Source: Podarcis liolepis (taxonomy: Eukaryota). From it: a stretch of DNA of 64,000 nt. Below, piece after piece: positions 12,101 through 25,514 of this stretch; the first letter of the stretch is position 1, and every line of letters starts with the position of its first letter. The stretch lies in the NCBI GenBank assembly GCA_965112155.1, contig OZ218106.1; one strand, 5' to 3'. The notes below the pieces were generated by a model. The model did no database searches, was not told the DNA's origin, and saw only the letters and a list, made by a program, of their open reading frames with translations. Position numbers and translations under genes: made by a program.

Positions 12101-13224
12101 GCCATGCTGCCACACTGTTTTTAAAATGTCCACAGCTAGCTGTGACATTTTCTGTTAACTATATACTTTGAGCTGTATGGAACATCCTCTCTCGTGGCCT
12201 CTCTTTGATATGTGAGATTAAATCCCACTGACATGGCGAGCTTTGCTCTTGTCAGTTTTCCCTGACAAATGTCTATGACATGTTTCTCAACTCTGTTCTC
12301 TCCCACAGCTGTGGCCTCTGTTTGAAGCACTTGTCTGCTAATTGTCTTGGCAATAGGGGCCCCATTGACAGTTATCTTTACGGGGCTGTTTTATCCTTAA
12401 TGTATGTGCCTAAGTCCCTGTTGACGTTAATTGGACTTAATCACACATATCAAAGGGATAATAAACCACTTATAAGAGTCTACAGCCACCACTTGGGAAA
12501 TGCACCTAATTACCATTAGTTCGGCAACAGGATTGCTTCAAAATATGTTTCTTATTGCCCTGCGATGAAACGCACTGCCCGCTTTGCTAATTTGAAACAC
12601 TTTGGTTCCACTTTAGTGTGCCTGAGAAAGGGGTTCTGTTTCTTTGATTTGGTTTGAGTTCCTGCAATTAAAGTGCATCTCTTCCTGTTTTAAATCCCTG
12701 TCTTGTTGGCTCTGTAGTGTGAAGGATCACAGAATGGTTCTTCCGAGTCTTACACAGCAATCCTATGCATGTTTACCCAGAAGTAAATCTTGCTGTGTTC
12801 AACTGAGCTTTCTTCCTAGCAAGTGTGTTTAATGAATGATGCCTGAGGCTGAAATCCTATATGTACACGCATACTGGGGAGTAAGGGCTATCAAAAACAA
12901 TAATTACTTTTGAGCAGACATACTTTCAACCCTAGTATATAGTTTCTAAAATGAAAGGTTCCGGAAGCTGTCTGAATGTCACAGTCGTCTACCCTCATCC
13001 CAATTCTCTGTGTTGCTGTTGCTCAGGCTGCTTTGTACATTACATTTTTTTACAAGTACTATCTAAACATGATGGGCAGGCTCCAGTTACAATTAAGCAA
13101 CTTTTAATCCTGATTGTTTCTAACTGGAAAACTAAGAATTTGCTTAAAGCTCTTCCACTGAAATCAGTGGGATTTAAGACTGTGTGATTTGGATGGTTGA
13201 TATCTGTGTACCCCTAAAATTGAG

Positions 13225-13550
13225 ATTTAGTGTGGTGCAGTGGTCCGAGTGTTAGACCGGGACGCAGGAGACTTGGATTCAAATTCTCATTCAGCCATGA
13301 AGCTCCCTAGATGCATAGCTTTCAACTTTCAGATTTGAAAATAAGGGATCAGCAGTCTCACCTGTCCTGGGGACAGTCTACAGGATTTGTAACAATCCGG
13401 GATAGCAGCGGGAAGCAGTGGGGAAAAGCGCTGGAATAAGGGAATTTCCCGCAATAAAAGGGAAGGTTGACAGCTATGCCTAGATGACCTACCTCAAAAA
13501 TGTGGGGGGCGGAAGAGAGAGATAATGGTACCCCTTAGAGGAAAAGGTCT
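13225..13550 (+). mobile_element. tRNA-derived CORE/MIR-type SINE (Squam3-like), interrupted by a hAT MITE
   Basis: GTGTGGTGCAGTGG (A box) ... GGATTCAAATTC (B box) ... CAGCCATGAAGCTC; similar to the reverse complement of 27336-27580. Confidence 0.6.
13314..13478. mobile_element. hAT MITE
   Basis: CATAGCTTTCAAC ... GTTGACAGCTATG inverted termini. Perfect 8-bp TSD CCTAGATG (13306-13313, 13479-13486). Confidence 0.9.
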
Positions 13551-14476
13551 GATAAAAATGTAATTATTAATTATTATCAATAATTATTTATAATAATGTG
13601 AAAATCTGTGTTTCTAGTTTCATGGATTATTCATGCATTAGGGCTCTTTGTCCAGCATTTGAAGTTGGCTAATAGATGCAGTATCAGTTAGTGTTGAGGG
13701 TAAGAGAATATTCTTTAGTGTTACTTTCCATGCCTTAGGATTCGGACTTTGCACTATGAACAGTTTCTGGCATGAGCCCTGGTTCAAATTAAGGCATGCT
13801 ATGGATTAGTTTTATTTGCAGTTTCTTGTTACTCATTCTTTTTCTGTGTGGTTTAAAATTCTGCTAAATAAGTTTTCCCACAGTACTGTTAGTTTGTGCT
13901 TTAAAGGCAGGTGTTGTGGTGGAACATGGCTGTAGTAACATTTACTTAATTAATAATGTTAAACTTCCTTATCTTTCAAGATGGTGCTTAAAGTAGATTT
14001 CACTTTTCTCCAGACCAAAAATGAATCTGTAGTATGGTTACTTCATGTTTTGGCACCTTATTTAGACAAGCCTGACCAGATGTTTGGAAAGTTTGCAGAA
14101 GTTTTAATTTGTTTTAACTTTCTGTACGCTTTAAATTGTGCATATTAGATTTTTTAAAATGATAACTGTATTATTTTATCCTTTTTGTAAACTGATTTGA
14201 AGTTTTTTTTTCTAAAATCAAGCAGTATATAAATTTTATGAAACAGATTAACAAATAAATGTTTATATAACACTAGAAGTTTTGACTGAAAGGATTAGCT
14301 AAGTGCAACCTCATTGTTCTAAATAAAAGATATAATAAGATTAGGTGTTTCAGTTCCTGTTTTTACACCTAATTGAGGCATGTTGTTTCAGAAGTAACAT
14401 ATATTAAATGAAAAATTACTTACCACACACTGAAGTACTCTAATTTCTTTATTCCTGGAAAAATTATCAGTAAAAT

Positions 14477-14912
14477 ATTGACAAGCTGGAATGTGTGCAG
14501 AGGAAGGTGACCAAGATGATCAGTGGTCTGCAAACCAATCCTTATGAAGAATGGTTGAGGGAGTTGGGTATGTTTGGCCTGGAAAAGGGAAGACTGGGAG
14601 GAGATATGACAGCCATCTTCAAATATCTAAAGGGCTGTCACTTGGAAGTATGGAGCAAGCTGGTTTTGGAATCCAAACCAGTGGATTCAAGTTCCAAAAA
14701 AGATGATTCTGATTAAACATCAGGAAGAACTTTCTGACAATAAGAGCTGTTCAACAGTGGAATGGACTCCCTTGGGAGGTTGTGGGCTCCTCTTCATTGG
14801 AGGTTTTTAAGCAGAGGTTGGATGGCCACCTGACATGGATGCTTCAATTGAGATTTCTGCAGTGCAGGGGGTTGGATCTTCTAACTCTACAATTTTACAA
14901 CTCTATGATTCT
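14477..14912 (+). mobile_element. CR1 LINE 3' fragment
   Basis: Translates as QRKVTKMISGL...YEEWLRELGMFGLEKGRLGGDMTAIFKYLKG (CR1 ORF2 C-terminus) and ends in a CTATGATTCT tail. Confidence 0.9.
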
Positions 14913-14999
14913 TCCCCCATCTTGTGGTTCTCATCAAGTCCTCTGGGAAGGCCATGACATCTTTCCTCAAGGTAATGCACGATTACAGCCCTACCAATT

Positions 15000-15125
15000 T
15001 TAGCCTTACAACAACCCTGTGAAATAGACGGTGACTTCCCCAATGTCACCCAGTGAGCTTCCTGGCTAAGTAGACATTCAAATCCTGGTCTCCCCGATTT
15101 GAGCCCAAGTACACCGCACTGACTC
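15000..15125 (-). mobile_element. CORE/MIR-type SINE fragment
   Basis: ACAACAACCCTGTG...GTCACCCAGTGAGCTT...; similar to 27336-27580. Confidence 0.6.
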
Positions 15126-16858
15126 TGCGTCTGGATTTGTGGAAGGTGTCTATGGAGTTGTACACTGTGCTGATCTTTTGAAAGCTGAAATAGTTGCCTT
15201 TTTATCCTAGAATCCCAGTCAGCACGACTGGGGGCCTTGAAGAACTGGCTTGTTGGTTAGGTGGCATGCTTAGTTACACATTCATCCTGTTGCTGTGGAA
15301 TCCACTCCTCCTGTAGGCCCCTTGAGATGTGGGTGGCTACAACATGATCAAGCCTCTAACACCTGGTGAAAACGTACCTTTTTCCTCAGGTCTTTGTAGG
15401 AATCTAAGCTATTCTGTTGTGGGTCTTAGGGCCTCAGTTTGATCTGCTGCTGTTTACTTGAAATGGTCTTATGCTGAACTTTATTTCATGGGGATTGTAT
15501 GGTTTATTTTATTTTATTTTGGTTTTAGTTACTATGTGGGAAACCACCCTGTGGTTACTTAGTGACGAAGGGTGGTTTTCTTAATTCATTGTTAATTAAT
15601 TAAATAAATGGCCCTCTTGTTTCAAGCTAGACTCTTGACTGTTCCACTGTATTAGCATTTTCCCTCCAAGAGCTGGCATCCCTAACAAAATGCCATAGAA
15701 CAGATGTCCCCTCTGAACTTATTCCATCTATTTAATAAATTCCCATACTAGAGTGGTTATGTGCTGGCACAGTTAAGGATTGGGCTGTTAGTCAAGTATT
15801 TAAATCAATTAGCTGTTAAAGAAACTAAATATACAGTCTGAAAAGACTGGAACTACAAAACCTATTCAGCCAGAAATGATGGTTAAGGCCAGCACATGCA
15901 TTGATAGGTTTCAGATAGAAGGAATTTTGCAAATGCAGAGCAATTGCTAATCCTTATTGTCAATTCAGATTTTATTGCTTTCATGTTCTTTGTCCACTTA
16001 CACTAATATAAAGCCTTTTATAAATTTTGAAGAGCCACTTTAGATGAGGGATTTTCAGATCTTGTACAAACAGAAGAATGTTGCAGTGCCAGCCGTTGGA
16101 TGCTGTGTGGAATTCAGTAAAGAAAGCATGTGAGGAGGACTGGAGCTGTAGTCTGACATGTGCACTTAATGGTATTCAGGACCATATACTATCAGAGTGT
16201 CATTGCACCTGCATTTAATCCCACCCCTTTAATTTCAATTTAAATACTATTTCAATTTAATTTTTTAAACATTCCCTTGTATTTATGTATAGTATTAGCA
16301 ACATGAAATCTGATACATTTTTGCAAATGTTGTACATCATCCAGGCATGAATTATGCAGAATAGCAAACATTTGCAACTATGCAACATTTCCATGCATAA
16401 AATCAGGGAGTTTCACATGTCCCCACACATTTGGAGGTGCTAAATGTAATAATAATAACTAACATTTAATCCTCCCACATTGTTGAATAAAAAGCAAGCT
16501 ACAGACACCAAAAGGCAGTTTGACGTAAGCATGCATCTTCAACAAACCAATTACTTGGGGTGGGAGTGATTGGACTTTATCAAACGGAAGACTTTCTGCC
16601 TTATAAGTGATAATACCGTGTCCCTGAAAATGCATTTTATGCAATTATGTATTATGCGTTGATAAGAAAAAGTCAGTTTCAGTCTGGTGATGTCTTGCAA
16701 AACAATTCAGGGATTATGAATGGAATCAGAACTTTGGATCAATGTAACTAATGGTCTGTTCTTACTGCTTTCTGGGTATGGAAGATGCATGTGGAAAAGA
16801 CAAACGATTTAGTTCCTTCTCAGGCTAGCATGACCCTTCAGGTTGTATGAACCTAATC

Positions 16859-16994
16859 CAGGCATAAGCAAACTCCGGCCCTCCAGATGTTTTGGACAAC
16901 AATTCCAATCATCCCTGACCACTGATCCTGTTAGCTAGGGATGATGGGCATTGTAGTCCCAAACATCTGGAGGGCCGGAGTTTGCCTATGCCTG
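16859..16994. mobile_element. Palindromic hAT-Charlie MITE (URR1-like), copy 1
   Basis: CAGGCATAAGCAAACT ... AGTTTGCCTATGCCTG; almost fully self-complementary. TSD ACCTAATC/ACTAATC. Homologous to 63358-63493. Confidence 0.88.
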
Positions 16995-17150
16995 ACTAAT
17001 CATCCTGGCCATGCGGTTCTTTCATAACTTACCTAGATAGAATACTGAATAATGAGGAAGCTTTCACAGTAATGTATGCTGAATTACGGTAGGTCTTATT
17101 TTGCCAGTGTCACAAGGATTGTCAAGCCAAATTCAGGATACCTGTAGCCT

Positions 17151-17422
17151 AAGTGGCGTAGCGTGGGTTGTCAGCACCCGGGGCAAGGCAAATAATTTGC
17201 GCCCCCTAACCCATGGATTTTAGCACGGCACTGCACGCCTGGCACCCTCCCCCTCCACAGTGGGCGGCGACCCGGCGGCTCGGATCGGATTCGCACAGCC
17301 AGCATTGCAGTGAGAGAGAGTGAGCGAGCCAGGTAGGGGCAGAGAGCTGCGAGTGCGAGCGCCCCCCCAGATGTTGCGCCCGGTGCAGACAGCCCCCCCT
17401 GCACCCCCACGCCACGCCACTG
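17151..17422. mobile_element. hAT (Tip100-like) MITE with GC/CpG-rich interior
   Basis: AAGTGGCGTAGCGTGGG ... CCCACGCCACGCCACTG termini. Perfect 8-bp TSD TGTAGCCT (17143-17150, 17423-17430). Confidence 0.9.
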
Positions 17423-18684
17423 TGTAGCCTTGAGTCTAGACCCCTGAGAAAATCACATTTGAAGTCAAATGCCACATTGAATAGTTGATGAGCCATGAAA
17501 TATATTGTGTTTATCCTCTTTGGTTGACATGCTGACAGGTGTATGTGGGATTGTATAATTAATCAGCGCTATGGTTAACAAATTTGCACTTTTTAGCTAA
17601 CTAACACACAATCTAAAACTAGGCACAACCACAAAAAGCCTCATAGATTTTAACAGAGAAGTGCAGAAAAATACATGCCTCAAAACCTAAAGTCTACTCC
17701 AGGTTAAAAAAAATATCTCACTTTCTTTCCTTTCAGCTGTCATCCAAGAAGTGTGGGATTTTCTTACCTGAAGACAATTTTACCCACAACTTTGCCATTT
17801 GGAATGCTTTGTCAGTTTTCAGGTGAATAGGAGAAGAAGAATAGATCATGTCCTTAAACACTCAGGCATTGTGTAAGCAACTGTGTTAAGTTCATCTGTA
17901 CATTATGCAGGAAGTTTTTTTTGTAAAGGGGAATGCTAGTTTTATAAGTTTGCATAAGCAAACAAACAAAGAAAGCAATTTTAGTGGACAAATGTTCAAA
18001 GTAACGTTTTCTTCCAACCAAAATATTACCATTTTTTATCACTGCTAGGTGTTCCTGTTTATGTTATTGTTAGGAAAGGCATGATGTGAGTATTTGGCTG
18101 TTCACTTATCTGATATAATCTGTTCTCTTCAAGAGCAAAATACACATTGCCAACCTTTTGTTATCTAATTTCCCGACTGCAGTACAGTATTGAGTCCTGC
18201 CAAACTTGCTTACATATTAGAAGTGCTCACTATTGCCTTAGTTATCTCTTCCTGGTAGTCTGCATCCTGCCACTTAGCTGGAAGTCTCCCTCACAAACAA
18301 ACACCCCACATACACACACACTCATTCATGCTTCCTACTTACAATTTTTTAAAAACTCGAGTCACGTGCAGAAACAATAAACTAGCACATGCAGGGGAAA
18401 ATCAGACATATCCTCAATGTTGGGCTCCCCCCTCCAAAATCATATTTCTTAGTGTTAAAAATATCTAATAAAATAGAAGAATCTGCGAAAATGTGGGGAA
18501 AGTGTCAGATTCTTAGTTTCTGGTGTTGTTTTTCTAGAGTCAGGTCTTTAGATATTGGCCATACGAAGAGCTGAAGAAACCTTTTGAATTTATTAGTATT
18601 AGCATCAGTTTGTTTTAGTACCTATAGAAGTAAGTCCCTGGGGTTTAGCTGGTCCTGATGTTGTGGAATGGTTATACTCTGAGT

Positions 18685-19013
18685 CATGGGTCAGCAAACT
18701 TTTTCAGTAGGGGGCTGGTCCACTGTCCCTCAGACCTTGTGGGGGGCTGGACTATATTTTGAAAAAAAGAAAGAAAAAAAGAACGATTTCCTGTGTCCCA
18801 CAAATAACCCAGAGATGCATTTTAAATAAAAGCACACATTCTACTCATATAAAAACACCAGGCAGGCCCCACAAATAACCCAGAGATAAATTTTAAATAA
18901 AAGCACACATACTACTCATGTAAAAACACGCTGATTTCCGGACCGTCCGCAGGCCGGATTTGGAAGGTGATTGGGCCGGCTCCGGCTCCCGGGCCTTAGT
19001 TTGCCTACCCATG
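18685..19013. mobile_element. hAT-Charlie MITE, family B copy 1
   Basis: CATGGGTCAGCAAACT ... AGTTTGCCTACCCATG. Perfect 8-bp TSD CTCTGAGT. Internal ~65-bp tandem duplication. Confidence 0.92.
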
Positions 19014-19751
19014 CTCTGAGTAGTGACTAAGAGTTGAAACAGGTAAGTTGTGCTTTTTTTTTTTTGGAGGGGGGGAATCCTAGAAGAGAATAGATGTCCA
19101 TAATTCAGCATCTCTGTAGTTGGGAAAACACGAATGTGTCCTGAGTAACTTTATGGGCTTGTTCCTTCCACCTCAGCACTAGGAAATTCTTTGCATGCAC
19201 CATGGAATCGTGCAGCTGGAATGTTATTGGCCTTTGTAGTGAATGGGTTGGCTGTTGCTTGGCCAAAGTTTCATGTACACAGTAGAGCTCTGTGGACTTT
19301 TCGGCCACAGCCAGATTATTTGTTTTGATGAGGTTTTTAAATTTAATAACTTGATAGCTATGTTGGTTTTTTTTTTTTTTTGCCGCTGAGTTTGTACAAC
19401 AAAATAAGAAATTGTTGCTTTACTTATAGCTTGCCTCCAGATGTTTTAGTTCATACTGAATTTGTCTTTATTTGTTGTTTCCTTAGAATTATTGCTGTAT
19501 ATTTTAAAAATCTGAAATCATTACAGTATAGCAAATTATAGAAGTGAAAACATTGTCTATTATCATGAAATGTCTAAATGAAGATGCAGATTAGAATTCT
19601 ATACGCTTAAGCACACTTAAAACAAAATCTTGGTTTTATGGAGTTTAAATAACATTGATTTGATCTTTGATTGATCCAGATCACTGCCTGTGTAGTTAAA
19701 TTAGTTTGGGGTAAATAATGTTGGGATAATATCCCCTTCAGTGCCAGGTTG

Positions 19752-19935
19752 CTACATTTTTTGAAAAAAATATGAACCAATTCCTATGCCCCACAAGTAA
19801 CCCAGAGATGCATTTTAAATAAAAGCACATGTTCTACTCATGTAAAAACACGCTGATTCCTGGACCGTCTGCGGGCCAGATTGAGAAGGTGATTGGGCCA
19901 CATTCGGTCCCCGGGCCTTAGGTTGCCTACCCCTG
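19752..19935. mobile_element. hAT-Charlie MITE family B, truncated copy
   Basis: Matches 18750-19013 with a single internal unit; ends GGTTGCCTACCCCTG. Confidence 0.85.
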
Positions 19936-20329
19936 TTCTAGTTGGTTAATTGGTTCGGCAACTTCCATGCATATGATGTGTGATGCTAATTACTGTCCCC
20001 AAGAGTTAAATGATAACTAATTAGATGCAGCTACAGTTGCAAATGGCAACAAAAAGGAAGAGGAGCAGGTTTGCTCAAGTGTGTTGCAGGTAGAAATACT
20101 GTTTGTAATGAAGTGAGAGCAGTAGTTTACTTGCTCGCCGTAACAAATAAGAAAGTTTTGAGAATTTAAATTCTAGATTAAAACTGATTACTTAATTGAG
20201 AAGGGGATTGTAACAAAAACACTGGGGCCTAATTTGAATAGTAGAGTGCCTGATATCTGGTGGGCAATCTCATCCTTTATTTCCACACTGTGGCTGCAGA
20301 CCAAATCACCTGTCAGGAGAGTTATGAGA

Positions 20330-20459
20330 TTCAGGTGAGGGTGAGATGCCTTGTCAATCCCAGCAGGTGTATAAGAGGCCTTCGCCCAGGCCCCCGTGAT
20401 CTACCAGGATCAGCCGGGGATCTACCAGCAGACAATGATCTACTGGTTGGACATCCCTT
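20330..20459. mobile_element. Degenerate hAT element end
   Basis: Three GATCTAC subterminal repeats followed by GGTTGGACATCCCT. Confidence 0.45.
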
Positions 20460-23400
20460 TATAGAGTATTGAAATGTGCCATTTTTTATATAAAAATATT
20501 ACTATACATCATCCATATATCAACAAATGTTGCTGCCATAAGACAGGTAGTGAGTCATAATTGTTTAAACAGTTTCCCCATCATATTCCCCTTCATTCCT
20601 CTCTGGTGTTATGATAGCGGATTGCATGCAGTATTGACAAAGGGGGTAAGTATCAGAGGAAAATTGGCATAATGCTCGTCTAAAGAATGTCTAGCTTTGA
20701 AGGCATTTCTGTAATGTAGGAGTGGTGTGAATCCGACTGCTAAAAGAGCAGAAAGAGGAGATGTTTTTAAAAAGTATGTTTGGAGGAAGATTACGAGGAT
20801 AAAATAAAGTTGCCTAATGTGCACTTTAATCTTGTATCATTTTACAATATTTAAGGGGTATTGTTGGCATCCATCTGTCTCAAGAGACAATGGAGTGCGC
20901 TTCTGGGATTAAAGTCAAAATGCTGTTTTTTGTTACCAAAGTGTGCAAGCCTGAGCAGTGTGTATGAGGGTCCTGGGCTGACTCCATTGCCTACCCACAG
21001 CTGGTTTCGCCGTCCACTTGAAGCTGTTTCCCAAAGCATAGCCACTGTTGGATGCTGACAGCTTCTAGGAGCCACAGGTGAGAGCTGAGTGCGCAGTGGG
21101 GACCAATGGTGGACAAACTACACCAGAAGACGTATCGAAGCATCATGATTTATTGCTGCTGTAGCAAGAAAACACTAGACTGATGGCCATTTTATTTATT
21201 TTTAAGAAAGAGATGTACCAAGGGCAGTTTGTACAACCTTAGCTTTCATTTAGATAGACTTGTTTAGACATCTTTTAGTAAAAAAAAAAAGGTTGTGGTG
21301 GATAAACTTTCAAAACAAAAGCCAAAAGATTAGATTGTACCAGTTAATCATTGGGATCAGCAGTTTCTGAGCTTCAATAAATCGTAGTGATGGAAGGGAG
21401 CCAAATAAAGCAATGCGCTGCCTTAAGACGGGATATCCTACAGAAAAGCTTGGCTGACAAAGTCTTGGAAACCTTCAGCAAAGGTGATGCCTCCTCAAAT
21501 CCTCAAAGCATTATTGCCAGCATACACTTATAACTAGGAAGTTTAAAAGCATTCTGTCACACGGGTTTCAGTGGGTAGAGGGTGAGAGTATTATTATTGT
21601 TGTTTATTTTTGCACACCCTGTTTCTCTACTGTTTTTCTTTAGAAAAAAGCGTTTTCAGTTACCCTATCATTTCCAGAAGATTTATCTGATTCATCACTG
21701 TTATTTGTAGCTCTGGTCTGAATCCTTTGCATCTTCTTAAGCTCTGGTTCCCAGAACTGAATACATTATTCTTAAATTTAGCTTGATATGCAAACTTACA
21801 CTGCAGGAGCATTAAATTCAACGGGACTGGCTTCTGAGTAAACATGCTTTGGCACGGATCACAGATGTCTTATCACAACTTCCTTTCATAACTTTACCAA
21901 AAACTATGCTCAACCCGCCCGTCCCCCACTTCTAACAGGGCAGAGGGAATCGGAGCTGTGTGCTTTCCTTATTCTCTTCCTTTGACGATGTCATAAGGAT
22001 TTCTCTCTGGTTGCACCCCCCCCCCATTGAGGCAAATCAAGATTTTGGGGAGTTGCATTTTTGTGCACTGATACATTAAATATATCAGTGAGCATTGCTG
22101 TGTGCTCCTGGTCATCTTAATTGATTATGATAATACCAGATGACCCTAAAAGCAGTCTCTGCTAATGCAGACATACCAAAGATGCCATTCTTGAAAAGCT
22201 CCATTAACTTTATGGGACAACTACTTTTGACAGAGCCAGTAGGAAGACTGCTAAAACAGGTGAACAGATTAGATTAGACATGATGTGTTTTCCAAAGGTA
22301 ATATTTTTCACCTGATTTTGCTTTGTAAAGAAACCCTTCACAGCTCAGACCTTGTTTAGTATGATTTTCCTTTTGAGATAGTTATTTATTCAGCATTAGA
22401 CTTACAGGTGTTGCAGGGAATGCAAAGTTTTCTGTTCACAACTCATTAAAATCATGGAATGGATGTAATAAGGAAACTTATTCTGTATTTTTATTATATT
22501 TAAAAACAGACATGCTGCCTTTCAAAGTAAAAATTTTCCCCCTAGGCATCTTATGATCAATGTAATTGAAACTTTTTAGCCCCTCATGCTTTATAAACAG
22601 AACAGGATAGATTCCCACATAGCATATATAGCATATAATTCATTGGCATAGGGTACAGAGATGACGATTGGTTAATATGGCTTTAAAAGGGGATTATATA
22701 CATTCCCATAAGGCTCTTAAAAGATACAGGTTCTGATAACTAAATGTCCTGTAAAAATAATAAAATTATGTATTTCAAAAGTTTTGATAAGCACTGGCAG
22801 GGAGATGGCTATTTGAACCTGCTAATCTATAGCAAAATAAATTTTAATCTGAAAAATTATGGGTATGGGAATCTTGCTGCAACAGACACATTATGTTTCC
22901 TGTATCTTCAGGAAGGCAATCTTAGCAAGAAGGATGAACTTTTCCCTGTGTCTGGTGTGAAGCAAAAGGCTACAGGAAGCTAAACTGTAGACTCGCCCCC
23001 AGTTTAGCAATGGATTTTGTTTGGTCCTACATCTTTATTTATTGGATGCAATCTTTTCACCTTAATAAGCATCCTGCTTGGGGGGGGGGAGCTTTAACGT
23101 TTTCTTGCCAGTTTTCTTTCCAGATACCCTGTCTTTGTAAAAGAGTGTTCACGTATAGCAGGAGTTTGCAAATAGCTCCCCTGAGATCATGGGAAATTTT
23201 TTAAAATGTGAAATAAACCTGCCATGACATTATCGTGCTGATGGAAAACAAACTTGTGGAAATTAACACTCAGGTGTATTCATGGAATAATATTCCTTAG
23301 TGTTTGAATTTCCACTTTCCTTTTCCTGTACATGATGGGGTGGCCAGGGGTGAGTGGAAGAATTATTGCCCTGCTCATTTAGCTTGTCTATATCAGCTTC

Positions 23401-25514
23401 CAGCTCCTCTTCCTTGCCTTAGGCTTTCTTCTACGGTTCTCTTCCAGACTGGAGAAGGGTCAGAAACGCTCACAGGAACTTGCACATTTACAGGAAGCCT
23501 TTCTCTTTTTCCTGAGGAACATTCCCTCCTGCTCTGTGCCACATTGCAAGCTGCTTTTTCCGTTCCCGGAGCAGCCTGTGAAATAGTATAAAGGAGCTGT
23601 TGAATGGAGGAGCAAGATGAGGGAAGCACACTATTAATGCACGCTTCCCTGGGTCGCAGCCAATATCTCTTGCTCCCTTCCTCTCATTTGCCTTCTTGCA
23701 TCCGCTACTCCATGAGCACTCCCAAGACTGTGCTGTTCCCAAAGTTATTCCTCCCAGTTCCATCTTCCCATGTGATGTTCCTTATTAATTTCTTCAGTTT
23801 CCACAGCCTTCAAATAATAGCAGTTTTTGTTCCCACACATTTGATCAGAATTTACTGCTACATTTTTTTTACAATATAGCACCATTGTTAAGGACATCCC
23901 AAAGCTCTATGAATCTACATATTCTCCAGGTCAACTCTGTACACCTGACATGCCACTTTAACATTTAGGCACTGCTTAATTTATTCTACATTACTGAAAA
24001 AACACTGGGAATCTGGCATCCCAAATCAGTAGAATCCTTTTATTAATTTCTTACATTTATACATGCATTTAAACATCATTTGACACACACTTCTTAATAT
24101 ATTATTAGTTTTCTAGGCAGCATAATTCTTAGATCTGCCAGAAATGTGAGCAGTAGCTAGCAATTTGGAAAGCCTTTCAGCCCTTCAATTCTCTTAGAAA
24201 TGCTGCTTAGTTTATCTCTTAAGTATAATGTTGCCTGATTAGCACTGATAAGTTAAATTCTTGTTACCAAGTTGCCAAGATAGAATTCACTTCCTTTCAA
24301 CATTTACCCAAGGAGTTTTAGCATTAACTGAATCTGTCTTTCTGTAAATTTGGCTTTCCTCTTCCTGAATTAACACACATGCTGTTTACTGATGGTAACA
24401 TGACATGAAACACTGCTATCAGTTAAATACTTTCAGCAAACACTTTGGAACAATACACATGCCCTTTTCACAAGGTAGCACTTTTAACTTAATGAATTAA
24501 GGTGATGCTGTCCATCCACACAAGTACCATCCAGACTAATCTGTTTTTCTTAATTATATTGTTACTGAACCCTTCCCTCGAAATAATGTAAGTGAACATT
24601 TTTAAAAAACCCTAAACCTGAAGTAGACAAAAAATTGCAATACATTCATCTAGAACCATAACTGAACACTGTCATCAGTTAAGATAGACCTTGATAGAGT
24701 TAATGGTCATATAAAAAGATCTGTGTCCACTTGAGAAACACTATTCAAAAGAATAATTGTTTATCAATTATTGTACATTTTTAAAATCAACACTACTCTT
24801 GAGCTACTCCTGTTCAGTGTAACTGGCTTGATTGAAAGAACTTTTGGGTGGATTATGTATTCACATTTTTTGTTAATACATTGAACTGCAATGCCATGAT
24901 AGGAAGACCCCCCTTTTCCAAGGAACATATCTGTGTACTGAAAAGCAAGTTATATTTTGTTTTATGTGGGGGAAAAAAAGCAGAGGCAAAGCCAGAATCT
25001 CTTCCTCATCGCAAACTCCTGTTGACTCCTGTTGTGGCCCACATCTGTTATTCTTGTAAGGTGGTTTAAGTCTACTGCTAGTATGTTTTTAAAAATGTCT
25101 TCTTTTTCACTTCTTCAATAATTTACCAGAAAGAAACACTTTCTTCTCACAATATTGCATCATATATTTCACAGTCGTGAAGTCGAAAATCTGAGAGGAA
25201 CTTCAGTGAGTGTGTGAAAATTGTGTGGCACAGTGAGCTGTGCAGGCAAGGACAGCTGCTCTATAGCATCTATAGTGCAACTTAAGAGGTCGAAAGGAAC
25301 CTTGAAAAGTCAGCGTTCTTGGAAGGTAGATGGGAGTAATGAGAGTTCATACACATGAAGTTGAATACTTCATGCCAGTGCTGTTTATAGATATTTTATT
25401 TTTAGAGAAAATATTTCAGAAATAAATATTTAAATGTAAAGCTCCACCCTTCCCTAGATGAATAAGGAAACAAGATGGAATGAATTTGTGGATTACTTTT
25501 ATGTTAAGCTATAG

